DNA of 64,000 bases. Source: Escherichia coli O157:H7. Lineage in GTDB: Bacteria > Pseudomonadota > Gammaproteobacteria > Enterobacterales > Enterobacteriaceae. The stretch is from NCBI GenBank assembly GCA_013403045.1, contig GCA_013403045.1_3037.1; one strand, 5' to 3'. A program made the position numbers and the translations under genes. Below are positions 39,068-50,634 of the stretch, in pieces. Positions within the stretch are counted from its first letter, which is position 1. Each line of letters starts with the position of its first letter. The notes beneath the pieces are model-generated. The model searched no databases. It saw only the letters and a program-made list of their open reading frames with translations, and was not told the DNA's origin.

Positions 39068-39933
39068 TATTGAGCCACCCCGATTTTCTGCGTAGCGATA
39101 ACTTTAACTGCTGCTCTCATACCGACAGTTGAAGAACTTATAGTCGCCGTTACATAATTTTCTTTAATACTAAATGCAATATTAGCGATTTCGTCTTCTT
39201 CAGTTTCATTCCCAACCCGCATGACAGCATATTCAGAAGAAATGACCGTTGAATTAACAGTATCTACAAGAATATTTATTTCTGCCGTTTTAATTTTTCT
39301 TCCATCTACCGATTGACAAGTAACTAGCAATTTAGCCATATTGTATTCAGTACGATGAAATAATGGAATGTCAACTGATCCAGATGTAGAAATATTCCAT
39401 GTACCTTCGGCCGGTGATTCCTTTTGGCCAAACATACTTTCAATAGAATAATTCCAAACTGACGTAGAATTATCAGATGAAATACAGCGCAAAGTTACTT
39501 TACTATATGGGCTAGTTACTACCAAATTACCCGAAACACCTTTAATTGAATCAATGGCTTGAATTGTTAAAGGATTAGTAACTGATATCGATCCATTAGA
39601 ATTAATGAATTCAACACAGTCACCGAGTTCTCCTCTTTCAATGATAACTTTAACACCAACAGTAGAGGTATCAATATCATGCCTAGTACCAACTTTCACC
39701 GGAGTTGCGTACTCTGTGATAGAATGCTTTTGATAATATCCAGTAGCATGGATAATTTGGCCGTCAGCACCAGTACCATTTGCTACTGCCATTTTACGCT
39801 GATCGCCAAACGCATTATAAATTGCGTTAAAATCACTATTAATTTTATTACCACCGTCGAATAAGATATCACCAGTAGAAGCGTTACCAATTTCGCCGGT
39901 ATCAATCAATTTCTTTGGTTCTTGAATGAACAT
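39067..39933 (-). CDS. 9: baseplate wedge / long-tail-fiber socket gp9
   Basis: 288 aa as in T4. Confidence 0.9.
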   Translation of the reverse strand: MFIQEPKKLIDTGEIGNASTGDILFDGGNKINSDFNAIYNAFGDQRKMAVANGTGADGQIIHATGYYQKHSITEYATPVKVGTRHDIDTSTVGVKVIIERGELGDCVEFINSNGSISVTNPLTIQAIDSIKGVSGNLVVTSPYSKVTLRCISSDNSTSVWNYSIESMFGQKESPAEGTWNISTSGSVDIPLFHRTEYNMAKLLVTCQSVDGRKIKTAEINILVDTVNSTVISSEYAVMRVGNETEEDEIANIAFSIKENYVTATISSSTVGMRAAVKVIATQKIGVAQ

Positions 39934-39957
39934 AGCAGTTTCCTTATGAGTTTATAG

Positions 39958-39965
39958 TATTTATA
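39958..39965 (-). promoter_or_regulatory. late promoter for gene 9
   Basis: minus-strand TATAAATA 25 nt upstream of the gene 9 start. Confidence 0.55.
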
Positions 39966-39972
39966 AAGAAAA

Positions 39973-39992
39973 AGGGAGCCCATGGGCTCCCT
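39973..39992 (-). terminator. palindromic hairpin after gene 8
   Basis: agggagccca-tgggctccct. Confidence 0.55.
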
Positions 39993-39996
39993 TAAT

Positions 39997-41001
39997 TTAA
40001 AATGTAAACAGAATATTGATTTCTTCTGTTTGATCCATTGCCATAATAATAGGTGGCCTATTTTCCATATAAATCATTTCGCCCGAATGCCTCATTAAAT
40101 CTTCCGGATCATAGTAATCCTTTTCAGCTTTAACGTTTGGGTCATTTGGATGAACTTTAGCTTCAAGAGGATTCGTGATTATCGATATTTGTCTAAATCC
40201 TTTATTTCCTGGCAATGCAGCTTCAGGAAAATAAACTGAATCTAAGTATGCTTTAAAACGAATAGTATTTGCCTTAACCCGGTAAATTAATCCAAAATCA
40301 TCTTGCTGCCAAGTGAGATTATCTTCATACCCCCATCTAGTCGGGTCTTCTTTTAATTCCTCAGGCCAAGGAACTACGATATATTCATTCGTACATCTAT
40401 TTATAGATACATCAGGCGGAATCTCAAATAGATATTCCCATACATACCCGTCTCCAGGTTCGATTGTTCCTTCCGCGTCTCCTCGACCTTCAGGAGGAGT
40501 CATTGACCTAACAGAAGGAGTCCATTTTCCACCTAGCTTAAGGCATTCATCCTTATTAGTTAAAGACTCAATTGAGCACATTCCAGTATCAGGAACATCT
40601 AAACAACGATATACTAACCAGCCTGCGCCTGATTCGGTAGCGTTGTAAGGAGCTGAGTTACACACTACAATATCGTTAATTCTAAATGTGTATGGATCCG
40701 GATATCTAGTATCTCCCCAATCTCGACGAGGAATAACTGCATCAAGCATAGATGGAAGAACCTTCACGGTTCCCATCATATGAGTCCACATGTCAGTTAC
40801 ACCTAACACAGAATCGGTGGGATAAGGTGGGGCAAATCCCACCTCATTTTCGTTTGATGACCACGGTTCTGATCTTCCAAATGTAATAAAGATAGTGTTT
40901 TTATCCGGACCACTTCCAATTGAATTATAAAAATTCAACATTTTTTCTGTTCTAAATTTTGAAGTAACTATCGCACGATAGATAACACTTGAATCATTCA
41001 T
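39997..41001 (-). CDS. 8: baseplate wedge gp8
   Basis: 334 aa as in T4. Confidence 0.9.
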   Translation of the reverse strand: MNDSSVIYRAIVTSKFRTEKMLNFYNSIGSGPDKNTIFITFGRSEPWSSNENEVGFAPPYPTDSVLGVTDMWTHMMGTVKVLPSMLDAVIPRRDWGDTRYPDPYTFRINDIVVCNSAPYNATESGAGWLVYRCLDVPDTGMCSIESLTNKDECLKLGGKWTPSVRSMTPPEGRGDAEGTIEPGDGYVWEYLFEIPPDVSINRCTNEYIVVPWPEELKEDPTRWGYEDNLTWQQDDFGLIYRVKANTIRFKAYLDSVYFPEAALPGNKGFRQISIITNPLEAKVHPNDPNVKAEKDYYDPEDLMRHSGEMIYMENRPPIIMAMDQTEEINILFTF

Positions 41002-44000
41002 CTATTTTAACCTGTGTTGGATTTTCAGGGTCTCTTGGATTTCCTATATTATCTTTTAGACGTTTATTAACTAAATCCCTAAATTGTGCAAATGTTGTTC
41101 CAGATGCATCAAATAGAGGACTCATTAATTTACGTCGTTCAGATGGCAATTGACCTTGAAATATTGAATTATTATTTTCAGCATTATAGTCATCAGGAAG
41201 AGGATATTCTACACCAGCCATTGGGCCAGGTTCATAAATTGCTTCGCCTGTTACTGAATCATGCTCAATTTCACCGGTTGGAGTCAATTTGGCTACTCTA
41301 TCAGCATATTCAGTAGGCAATCCAGAATCCCATTTATAGTTTTTGTATTTATTAATTATAGTCTCTGTATGTTTAAGAGTTAAACCAACATTAATAAACA
41401 TTGTTAAAAGGGTAATTGCTATAAATCCAAATCCTACTGGATGAACAAAACGAATAACGTCAGATTTCCAGCGGGAAGAAGGTAAATTGGATTTAATTTT
41501 CATTACATAATATGATCTACTTCTATTAATATAGTCTATATTATTTTGAAGCAAATCCTTTCCTTTAACCCCGCGAATAATTTCGCCTTCGAAACTAGGG
41601 AGTCTTTCTGCTTTAACTTCTTGACCGGCAATTAATCTTCCCAAAAGATTATGAATAGTTACGGTCCATTGCAATTTACCATTAGAATAGCTTCTTTCTA
41701 TATAAGTAACATTACATCTTCCTGTAGCTGTATAAATCGTTTGTCCTACTAAGTCTTCGGTCAAAGAATCAGATTGAACGATTATATCATATTCAGTACC
41801 AGCCCCAGATTCAATTTCAATTTCAACTTCTTCATTATAAAGAACTTTAAAAAGAAATTTGTATGATGCTTCAATTCCTTTAGTAGAATAAAAATCATAG
41901 CTACGTGATTCAAAAAATCTTGCAACAGCATCACGTTTATCAGCATTTAAATAAATGTTTCTTTTATATATCTCTGACCACAAATATTCCCACGCGTGCT
42001 CTTCTCGCGGATATTGGTTACGAATTAAATTTCGTAAATTATTATACTGAGTTCCATATCCATCGGAAAGATACTGAATATATGCTTCGCAGAATGCCTC
42101 AAAATTAGAATCCTGTAGCAAATAAGAATCAGGCATCATTGTGCCAATCAATGGTCTTAAATCAGGATCAGCTAATCCATGCTCTTCTTCCGGGGACCAA
42201 GGAGTTTCACGCTCTTGGTTTTGTAAAAATGCTTTTAAAAATATTCCAGTTGGCTTCCAAATTATTTCAACCGTGTCTCTCACTCGATAGTTAAAATCAT
42301 AGTAAGAAATTATTTCACCAGAAGACTTATAAAAAAGCATTCCTGATGCGTATTTTTTAAATCCAGTGAATTTGACATTTGGCATTACTATAGTGCAATC
42401 ACCATCATCCCAGTATTCATGAACTAATCTATCTGGTGATGTTTCCGGAATATTTTCTATAACTTTGGTGTATTTTAAATCCGCATAAACTACTACAGCT
42501 CTGTCAGAGTTGTTTATCCAACAGCGTGTGTTAGATTTTTTAGACCAGTTAAAGAATGGTTCTGCATAGTATTTCATCGGCTGAGGCGTAAAAGTTTCCC
42601 AATCAGATTTTTCATCCGCTATAAATGCCATCATATGATAATGCTTATCAGCTAACCATTCACGAGGAAATTCATATTTAACAGCACCGATTAACTGATA
42701 TTTCACCACAGTTTCAGGGTCATTAACAATGTTATCACTTAAAAATTTAAAATTACTCGAAGATAGAGAAACTAATTTACCGTCAGTTGACATATTCGCA
42801 TATCCGGGTTGAATACGTCTTCTTTCTTCTTCGGTATTACCGAAAACTCTTTTCCACGTTTTCGTATCATGGTTTAAAACATATATTCCTTTATCAGCAG
42901 AATCAATTATTTTTGATGTTCTAGGATTGGCATTTAATGTTTCAACTTCACCAATAATAAGAGCAAAAACTTTATCACCAACAGAATCCATTTTATAGCA
43001 TACTGCTTTAGGATTTCCGGTTATAGTCATGGTATCAGGTTCAAAAAGTCTTTCCGAATATGTTGGAGATAATGGATCAGAATCTATAGGTGCATTACTC
43101 GTTTTTATGTATCTAACTTTGTCTCTGGCGACAACGTAAATGTAATCATCGGTGCAAGTAATAGCTTCTGCAATGCGGTATACATTCGCTGGTAAAGTCG
43201 CATAAGTGGCAAAAATTTCTACATCAAATCCTAAATGTAATTGGTCGCCAAGTTTAGCGAATGTTATATCCTGTGAACTGAATCTGACATCATCAGCTGA
43301 CCATCTAACATCAGTAGATTTGCGGCCATAGAAAATCTTGTCGTATCCTAGAACGTATGTAGTGTTCGCAGATTGGTAATATACTGTCTTAGATAAAGGA
43401 TATCCTACACGGTCATTGAAGAGCTTTACAGCTTTCCAGGTTTGTCCTTTATCATTAGATACTTTAACCACGGGTTGATAACGCTCAAAAAGATATAGAA
43501 TCCCTTCTGATTCCATCAAATAAACTCGGTTAATATCCTTACATACTTGCTGAATGGAACCTTGTATTTCATGATACTCATTTTCACCAATAATAAAATT
43601 ACTGATTGATGAAACATCAACATATGATGGGCTGAATTGGAACGATTCATTCATCAATGCAGCCATTATAGTGTCATTATTAAAATTGACATAATTAGAA
43701 TTGTTAAGAGTAAACTTTTCCTGAATGAATTTATTGGCTAATTGCATTTCAATCATGTTTTGAAATGTGTAAGCATTCGTAGCAAAAGTTTCAAACTCTT
43801 CCGTATAAACCCAATCAGATTGCTCAAAATCTTGTGCAGCTGTAGCTACTCTAATGATGTATGATGTTAGTGGATCAGCATCATCAAAAAAGAAACTATT
43901 GTTTGCTGTATATCCTAAATTAATCCAACGATATTGATCACTCGGGAGATTTTCCCCCGAGTCTGTTTTTGTCTCAGCGATTTCTACAAAATAGTAGAAA

Positions 44001-44092
44001 TTAGCACCAACGTCATCCCAGCGTACTTGCACCTGATTTGCGGATAACTTGGAAATTCTGAGACTAGTGACTGAAGGTGCTTTTACTGTCAT
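40994..44092 (-). CDS. 7: baseplate wedge initiator gp7
   Basis: 1032 aa as in T4. Confidence 0.95.
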   Translation of the reverse strand: MTVKAPSVTSLRISKLSANQVQVRWDDVGANFYYFVEIAETKTDSGENLPSDQYRWINLGYTANNSFFFDDADPLTSYIIRVATAAQDFEQSDWVYTEEFETFATNAYTFQNMIEMQLANKFIQEKFTLNNSNYVNFNNDTIMAALMNESFQFSPSYVDVSSISNFIIGENEYHEIQGSIQQVCKDINRVYLMESEGILYLFERYQPVVKVSNDKGQTWKAVKLFNDRVGYPLSKTVYYQSANTTYVLGYDKIFYGRKSTDVRWSADDVRFSSQDITFAKLGDQLHLGFDVEIFATYATLPANVYRIAEAITCTDDYIYVVARDKVRYIKTSNAPIDSDPLSPTYSERLFEPDTMTITGNPKAVCYKMDSVGDKVFALIIGEVETLNANPRTSKIIDSADKGIYVLNHDTKTWKRVFGNTEEERRRIQPGYANMSTDGKLVSLSSSNFKFLSDNIVNDPETVVKYQLIGAVKYEFPREWLADKHYHMMAFIADEKSDWETFTPQPMKYYAEPFFNWSKKSNTRCWINNSDRAVVVYADLKYTKVIENIPETSPDRLVHEYWDDGDCTIVMPNVKFTGFKKYASGMLFYKSSGEIISYYDFNYRVRDTVEIIWKPTGIFLKAFLQNQERETPWSPEEEHGLADPDLRPLIGTMMPDSYLLQDSNFEAFCEAYIQYLSDGYGTQYNNLRNLIRNQYPREEHAWEYLWSEIYKRNIYLNADKRDAVARFFESRSYDFYSTKGIEASYKFLFKVLYNEEVEIEIESGAGTEYDIIVQSDSLTEDLVGQTIYTATGRCNVTYIERSYSNGKLQWTVTIHNLLGRLIAGQEVKAERLPSFEGEIIRGVKGKDLLQNNIDYINRSRSYYVMKIKSNLPSSRWKSDVIRFVHPVGFGFIAITLLTMFINVGLTLKHTETIINKYKNYKWDSGLPTEYADRVAKLTPTGEIEHDSVTGEAIYEPGPMAGVEYPLPDDYNAENNNSIFQGQLPSERRKLMSPLFDASGTTFAQFRDLVNKRLKDNIGNPRDPENPTQVKIDE

Positions 44093-46071
44093 TGTGATAT
44101 AGGCTCCAAATCGATAGTTAAGTATTGCGGACGTAAATCATTTTCAAATACAATCAGTGAACCATCGCGAGTAAAGATAACATCATCGGTTGGGTCAGAA
44201 TATAATTCAATAGTCTGAACCTCAAATTTTTCAGATGTTAAATTAATTTTAGCGATATTCCAATAAATCATGTCAGCCGGATAATTTATTTCACCGATAA
44301 CATAATATTTGTCACGTCCATCAGAATTTGCTAATTTATTAAAATCATTGCCTGTATACGGCTGAATGTTTTCATTTTCTGTAACATCGCCAGAAGCAAA
44401 TGGACCAATAATAACTTTACCAATTCCTTTAGAATCTCGGTCTGTTGATACTATACGAACGTCATATAATACATCTTCTTCTAAACCAGTATCAGGATTT
44501 ACAACCTTTCGTCCAGAATTAAATGAAAACGTATTAGATTCCATAGAACGATCTTTTATTTGATTATTGTATTTAATACCCGCTTCAGGCGTTTTATAGA
44601 AGTTTTGTACTTCACGAACCATTTGAATAGTCGCTGATGAACCAATGATAGAATGATCTGCATCATCTACATAAGTTAACATCTTAGACTTAGCGAAAGA
44701 TGAGTTAAAAATTTCTACATCTTCGGTATAATAGCGATCAATTTTATCAATTATTTGACCTTCAAGCCACTGCTCGGATTCTTGCAGTTTATTTAAAGCA
44801 TATGTGACTTTTAAATTAGTCTTAATAAAAAGATAATTAGGAGAAATAATTGATGGCGTAATAGGAGCTAAATTATAGTCTTTGAGATAATTTTTAATAT
44901 CTTCACGTTGTACAGTAGTTAAATACAGACCTGATTTAGGTTTAGCAGCAATAAATGCATACCCAGGTTTAGTAGAATCAGTGAAAGTTTGAACAGCTTG
45001 AATAATAGAACCGAATCTCTCTGAAACGAATGTATCGTAGTCAGTCGCAGTTACGCATCGTTGCTGAGTTTCGCGTTTAATAGTACCCAATTCGCGAATA
45101 CGCTCAATATCTTCTGGATCACCGCCGCCATCTGCCCCAACAAAATCTGGGTCATCGTTTGGATTTTCATTAATATTGATGACAGTTATATTTGTTAATG
45201 TATCTGCGTATGAAAATCCGACTGCTCCGTTCGCGTCAGCACCATTAGTACTGATGTACTCAATAACAATCGTAGAGTTCTGAGTAGGTTTAAGACCTCC
45301 GATATAATTAGCGGTCAAAGCTCCTTCAGAAGCATTAACAGAAATTTCACCTTCGCCAAAATAAAATTCAGTGTTTCCATCAATAGTTTCACGCATATAG
45401 TAAATCGTTGATGTTGAACCAGCATGAACCATTGACTTTCTCGTCCAGTTAATCCATTCCGCTCCATCAACATATAATTTAACCTGGTTTCTATCAATAT
45501 TTTTATCATAAATGATAATAGGTGTTAATTTATCATAAATGATTTCAGTTCTTACTATACGCCCCTGGGCCAATTTTAAACGCGGAAAATACTGGTTATT
45601 TTTATCACGAATAGCAATAACGTCTTCGGTAGAAACGAAGTTATATGGATTAACAGAAGTATCTTTTGCATATGCTAAAAAGCGAGTTCCGCGAGGAATT
45701 GTAATGTAATTCCTATTCAATGCGTCGGTGCATGTTAACATAATTTCGGTCTGCGCAGCGGATTTTGAAGTAGGTAAATATCCGTTATCTTGCGCAGCTT
45801 GAACAACTGAACTTCGTAAGTTAGCAGTACGCATAAAGCTTTCATACACAGCAGCATTACCAAACTGTTGAATGTACAGCGTATTATAAGCCAAAAGGTC
45901 ACACAGAACGTTTAATCTTGAGCCTTCAAAATCATAATCCAAAAATTCATTTTGGCCATTAAGCCATTCAATGAGGTTTTGTTTTATTTCAGCAAACGTA
46001 CCCCCGACGAATATCTCGGGAATAGCATTTGCTGTTCTTGTTAATTGATAATTTACAGGGGTATTTGCCAT
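44089..46071 (-). CDS. 6: baseplate wedge gp6
   Basis: 660 aa as in T4. Confidence 0.95.
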   Translation of the reverse strand: MANTPVNYQLTRTANAIPEIFVGGTFAEIKQNLIEWLNGQNEFLDYDFEGSRLNVLCDLLAYNTLYIQQFGNAAVYESFMRTANLRSSVVQAAQDNGYLPTSKSAAQTEIMLTCTDALNRNYITIPRGTRFLAYAKDTSVNPYNFVSTEDVIAIRDKNNQYFPRLKLAQGRIVRTEIIYDKLTPIIIYDKNIDRNQVKLYVDGAEWINWTRKSMVHAGSTSTIYYMRETIDGNTEFYFGEGEISVNASEGALTANYIGGLKPTQNSTIVIEYISTNGADANGAVGFSYADTLTNITVININENPNDDPDFVGADGGGDPEDIERIRELGTIKRETQQRCVTATDYDTFVSERFGSIIQAVQTFTDSTKPGYAFIAAKPKSGLYLTTVQREDIKNYLKDYNLAPITPSIISPNYLFIKTNLKVTYALNKLQESEQWLEGQIIDKIDRYYTEDVEIFNSSFAKSKMLTYVDDADHSIIGSSATIQMVREVQNFYKTPEAGIKYNNQIKDRSMESNTFSFNSGRKVVNPDTGLEEDVLYDVRIVSTDRDSKGIGKVIIGPFASGDVTENENIQPYTGNDFNKLANSDGRDKYYVIGEINYPADMIYWNIAKINLTSEKFEVQTIELYSDPTDDVIFTRDGSLIVFENDLRPQYLTIDLEPISQ

Positions 46072-46079
46072 TTTAAATC

Positions 46080-46373
46080 CTATTTAATGAATACTTTAGA
46101 TGATGCCTGAGCCACAGTATCACCGCATGATATTGGATCAGCCATTTGAACAGCTTTCTTTCCAGTGACATATACCTTAGAAGTTCTAGGTTGTGTCACT
46201 CCGCCATGTGTTTCATACGGCTTTTTAATTTCTGTATGTTCTGTAATTGGATCGCCTGCTACGAGAACAGCAATTCCTCCAGTGAATACTTTACTTTGTG
46301 TAGCATTCACAACTGTTGGAGGCCACGCTTCATGGCCAGCAGTAACACACTTATCATAACTTAATCCTGACAT
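46080..46373 (-). CDS. 5.4: gp5.4, PAAR-like spike tip
   Basis: 97 aa as in T4 gp5.4; synteny. Confidence 0.8.
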
Positions 46374-46931
46374 TTATGGCCTCTCATATACATAGCTTCT
46401 CAATTTATTAGCCCAACGACTCCAATTTCCAACTATAGTTTTAGTATAATTTTTAACGAGAGTTTTTCTTACTGGAGCAGGAGGATCCGTCGGTTCAGTA
46501 GTATCAGAAGATGACCTAGAATTACTGCCAGAACCTCCAGATTCGCTTTGTTCTTGGTAGTCATATATTAATGTTACTTCGTAAGTGAATGTCTTCTGGA
46601 GATTTTGAGGAGCTTTCCACAAATACAACTGAGTATTAGAATCAGTAGGAAGTTCTTCCCATGAAGCAGCAGTTTTAAATTCATCGCCTAAACGATATTT
46701 CAACGCGTCATCTCCAAATCCAAACACAGATTCATATGTTCCATATAAGCGATTTTCTTCTACTAAAACCCCAGGAGTTTCTTCGTAACTAGTTATATTT
46801 ATAGATACTAACGTTTCACCTGTTTCTAATTGAGCGGTAAAGGTGACGTCGATAGAAGAACCTTCCATGGATTCTCCTAAATCAGCGCTCATTGGAAGTA
46901 TATTAGCCAATGTCAATCCTCGATCCATCAA
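46374..46931 (-). CDS. gp5.1-like protein
   Basis: 185-aa ORF between genes 5 and 5.4; 5' end overlaps gene 5, so true start may be an internal Met. Confidence 0.6.
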
Positions 46932-48630
46932 TTGTGTATTGACCAGATGAAATAGAACTCATAGATGCCATTTTTTCTGTCCAATCACCACCAACGTCCC
47001 AATCAACTGTCCCAGCAACTTTCCAAGAAAGATTTCCATTTACTGTATTAGTTTGATTTCCTTCAACTAAAGTGGTAGCATCTCCTTTAACTGTAATGTC
47101 AGCATTACCTTCAACTACAATAGTAACATTACCTTTAACTAGGATAGTTCCATTACCTTCAACCGTCTTAGTTTCATCGCCGCGCACAAATATTGTATTG
47201 CTTCCATCTATCTGGTGAAGACGATTATCCATGTTGTAATAAATTTCTGAACCACCGACGTTAGTCTTTTTATCACCGGCTACCAAAAAATTACCATCAG
47301 CATTTGTTATATCATACAAATTATCGACAGTTTTTCTTGTTCTTCTTCCTGACGGTGATACTTCTTCATAAGTTCCAGTTGGATGAACTAATCTGTATCG
47401 TTCTTGCCCAGGGGTATCATCAAATTCCTGAATATGTCCGCTTTCAGTTTCCATTGTATGTACATAAGGATATTCACCTTTATATGAAGAAACTGGTTCT
47501 TTGAATAAAATTCTCGAGTCATTTGGAATAGGAGGGTCAGCAGGGTCAGAAGATTTAGCTACAGTAGCAGCCATTGCTGATAGAGACCTAGCTGGGGTTT
47601 TCACTTCAACACCGTATGATTCCAAATTCCCCGTAAGAATAATCATGGTAACACGGGATGCACGGCCTTTTGTTTGTTGATACCACAATGAATCACGACC
47701 GGCTTTATATGCTTTTTCCCAATCTCCGGCTAACATAGCAGTTAACATTGTGTTAAATTTAGCTACACCACCAACACCCATTTGAAATGCCATATTTTCT
47801 AACGCCATTTGACGAGAACGGTTGACAGCTTGCCAGACTGGTCCTACTTTAGAATGTGATTTAATGTCCCGTTGCATATCAGCCAAATCACGCTCAAATA
47901 AAGTCGTCGCCTCTTCCATTGTAATAGAACCTGGGTTTCCAGTAATTTCACGACCAACTTGTTTTGATAAAACTTTATTAATTTGAGCCATATCACGAAC
48001 TGGCTGTTTCATGATAAGATGACCAATACCAATTGTCGGATATCCTTCGGTATCCCAATAAACTTTTAGTCTTAATCCTTCATCACGGCGAAGCATTTCA
48101 GCCATTGACATATTTGGATTATCATCGGTTGGAATCTCTGATAGTGGTCTATCATCGGGATTTATTGCAGTGTCTAAGTTACTATCTTGAATAACGTTAG
48201 AAGAGGAATCATATCCTACTTCTCCGCCTTGGTTTAATACGTTAGTATCATTTCCTAAACGTCTAGGATATTGCCCAGTTGGGTCAGAAAATCCTTCAAG
48301 TCTATTAGGTTTTTCGCGAACTATTCCACCATACGTGCCAAGGACAATTCCGTTAGTTTTCCATTTGTCTAAAAAATGACCATAAACTCTAGTTCCTTCT
48401 ACTGGCCCTGTAACAGAACCTCCAATTCCTGACATTGCTGCAGAAGTTATAGGTTGAATAACTGACATCCATGGTAATTTTTCAGTTGGAATACCCATTA
48501 CATCACCTTGTGCTCTTTGTGGTGGATGCAGACCAACCACACGAACGCGAACACGACCTAATTTTAATGGGTCCATTCTATCTTCAACAACACCAACAAA
48601 CCAATTAAGGTTATTACTTATCATTTCCAT
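46903..48630 (-). CDS. 5: baseplate central spike with lysozyme domain gp5
   Basis: 575 aa as in T4; lysozyme-like segment LRLKVYWDTEGYPTIGIGHL; C-terminal VxGxxxxx beta-helix repeats. Confidence 0.95.
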   Translation of the reverse strand: MEMISNNLNWFVGVVEDRMDPLKLGRVRVRVVGLHPPQRAQGDVMGIPTEKLPWMSVIQPITSAAMSGIGGSVTGPVEGTRVYGHFLDKWKTNGIVLGTYGGIVREKPNRLEGFSDPTGQYPRRLGNDTNVLNQGGEVGYDSSSNVIQDSNLDTAINPDDRPLSEIPTDDNPNMSMAEMLRRDEGLRLKVYWDTEGYPTIGIGHLIMKQPVRDMAQINKVLSKQVGREITGNPGSITMEEATTLFERDLADMQRDIKSHSKVGPVWQAVNRSRQMALENMAFQMGVGGVAKFNTMLTAMLAGDWEKAYKAGRDSLWYQQTKGRASRVTMIILTGNLESYGVEVKTPARSLSAMAATVAKSSDPADPPIPNDSRILFKEPVSSYKGEYPYVHTMETESGHIQEFDDTPGQERYRLVHPTGTYEEVSPSGRRTRKTVDNLYDITNADGNFLVAGDKKTNVGGSEIYYNMDNRLHQIDGSNTIFVRGDETKTVEGNGTILVKGNVTIVVEGNADITVKGDATTLVEGNQTNTVNGNLSWKVAGTVDWDVGGDWTEKMASMSSISSGQYTIDGSRIDIG

Positions 48631-49204
48631 AAGATTTCTCCATTATACGTATAAGGTCGTTCATAAATGAATTGATGTCTGATTTTGCTATTATTTTTAT
48701 TTGACGAAGTTTTTCATTTTCAAGAACAGCCGCTTCATACGTATCGACCGCAGCAAGTGCTCCTTCATATTGAGGATATTTTCTAGCTTTATCGCCTTTA
48801 TCATACCAAACATATGGATTATCATCGTATGATATTAAATTATAAAATTTTTCACCGTTCTCATTCACATGATATACTATTTGGTCTCCACCCACATTTT
48901 TGTATTTTTGTATAGATGCTTGATAAGCAGCTTCTTGTGAAGTAATCCATCCATAATATGGATCATAATTATCATTACACATCAATAAAACCCAATACAG
49001 CTGTGGATTTCCATATATAGTATTTGCTAATTCTTCCGGACGTGGTGAACCTTTGATATAATAAGTACGTAAGCGGTATCCCGCAAGAGCGCGTTTAAAA
49101 TAGTCTTTATAGTTTCTAAAAATATCTGTCATAGGAATAGTCGGCGCGTTTTTATTCACCGTTTTGGCCGCATATTCAATCGGATCAAAAAATGTAAAGA
49201 GCAT
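48614..49204 (-). CDS. 53: baseplate wedge gp53
   Basis: 196 aa as in T4. Confidence 0.9.
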   Translation of the reverse strand: MLFTFFDPIEYAAKTVNKNAPTIPMTDIFRNYKDYFKRALAGYRLRTYYIKGSPRPEELANTIYGNPQLYWVLLMCNDNYDPYYGWITSQEAAYQASIQKYKNVGGDQIVYHVNENGEKFYNLISYDDNPYVWYDKGDKARKYPQYEGALAAVDTYEAAVLENEKLRQIKIIAKSDINSFMNDLIRIMEKSYGNDK

Positions 49205-49217
49205 GGGCCCTCCTGTT

Positions 49218-49240
49218 TATAAATATATTATCTATTTATA
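49218..49240. promoter_or_regulatory. divergent late promoters for genes 53 and 4
   Basis: TATAAATA at 49218-49225 on plus; TATTTATA at 49233-49240 (minus-strand TATAAATA). Confidence 0.55.
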
Positions 49241-49251
49241 AGGAGAATCCA

Positions 49252-49704
49252 ATGGCATATTCTGGAAAATGGGTTCCTAAAAATATATCAAAGTATAGAG
49301 GTGACCCTAAAAAAATTACGTATAGATCAAATTGGGAAAAATTCTTTTTTGAATGGTTAGATAAAAATCCAGAAATTATTGCATGGGGTAGTGAAACAGC
49401 AGTAATTCCTTATTTTTGTAATGCCGAAGGGAAAAAACGTAGATACTTCATGGATATTTGGATGAAAGATTCTTCTGGACAAGAATTTTTTATTGAAATA
49501 AAACCTAAAAAAGAAACACAACCACCAGTTAAACCAGCACATCTAACAACCGCAGCGAAGAAAAGATTTATGAATGAAATTTATACATATTCTGTTAATA
49601 CCGACAAATGGAAAGCAGCGCAAGCTTTAGCTGAAAAGCGTGGAATAAAATTTAGAATTCTAACAGAAGATGGATTACGAGCTCTTGGCTTTAAGGGGGC
49701 ATAA
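49252..49704 (+). CDS. 4: head completion protein gp4
   Basis: 150 aa as in T4; AAGGAG Shine-Dalgarno. Confidence 0.9.
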
Positions 49705-50528
49705 TGGCTATTTTTCAAATAATTAATGAAAGCACTCCCCAAGTTCCAAAGGTTAAGCAATCATTAAACGAAAAGAAATGGATTCAAATAGGTCTTGAAT
49801 ATAAAAAGGCCAAAGCAAAAGGAATGACAGGAAAGCAATTTGCTGAAGAAAGAGGAATCAAATACTCTACGTTTACTTCAGCAATGTCAAAATATGCTTC
49901 AGGAATTAAAACGGCTGAAAAGATTCAAAAGCTTGAATCAAAACCAATGAATAAACTCAATAAGCAAGAAAGACAACTGCTTATGATAAATTCATTCAGA
50001 CAAACATTGCGTGATAAAATTCGTAATGAAGGTGCAGCAATTAATAATAAAACCAGAAAGTGGTTTGCTGAAACTATTAAGCAAGTAAAAGGACATAAAG
50101 TTGTTCGCCCGCAGCCGGGACGAATATATGCTTTTGCTTATGATGCTAAACACAAGGAAACTCTTCCTTACTGGGATAAATTTCCTTTAATAATTTACCT
50201 TGGTTTAGGTAAGCATAATTTAATGTATGGATTAAACTTGCACTATATTCCACCTAAAGCTCGTCAACAGTTTCTAGAAGAGCTTTTAAAGCAATATGCA
50301 AATACACCTACTATTACTAATAAAACGAAATTAAAAATTGATTGGAGTCAAGTGAAAGGATTTAGGGGTGCAGACCAAATGATTAAGGCATATATACCTG
50401 GTAATATTATGGGTAGCCTTGTTGAAATCGCCCCGAAAGACTGGGCGAACGTTGTGTTGATGCCACTTCAGCAGTTCGTTTCAAAAGGAAAACGTTTCTC
50501 TGCAAACAAAGTCTGGTCAAATATCTAA
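49704..50528 (+). CDS. 2: DNA end protector gp2
   Basis: 274 aa as in T4; TAATG overlap with gene 4. Confidence 0.9.
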
Positions 50529-50634
50529 TTCTATTATCTTCCATTCTTTTCTGTTGTTTGTTCTAAATGGAATTGAATGGAAGGGACTTAGACCCATTAT
50601 ACCACCAACAGTTATAAAGCATTATGAGGAATAT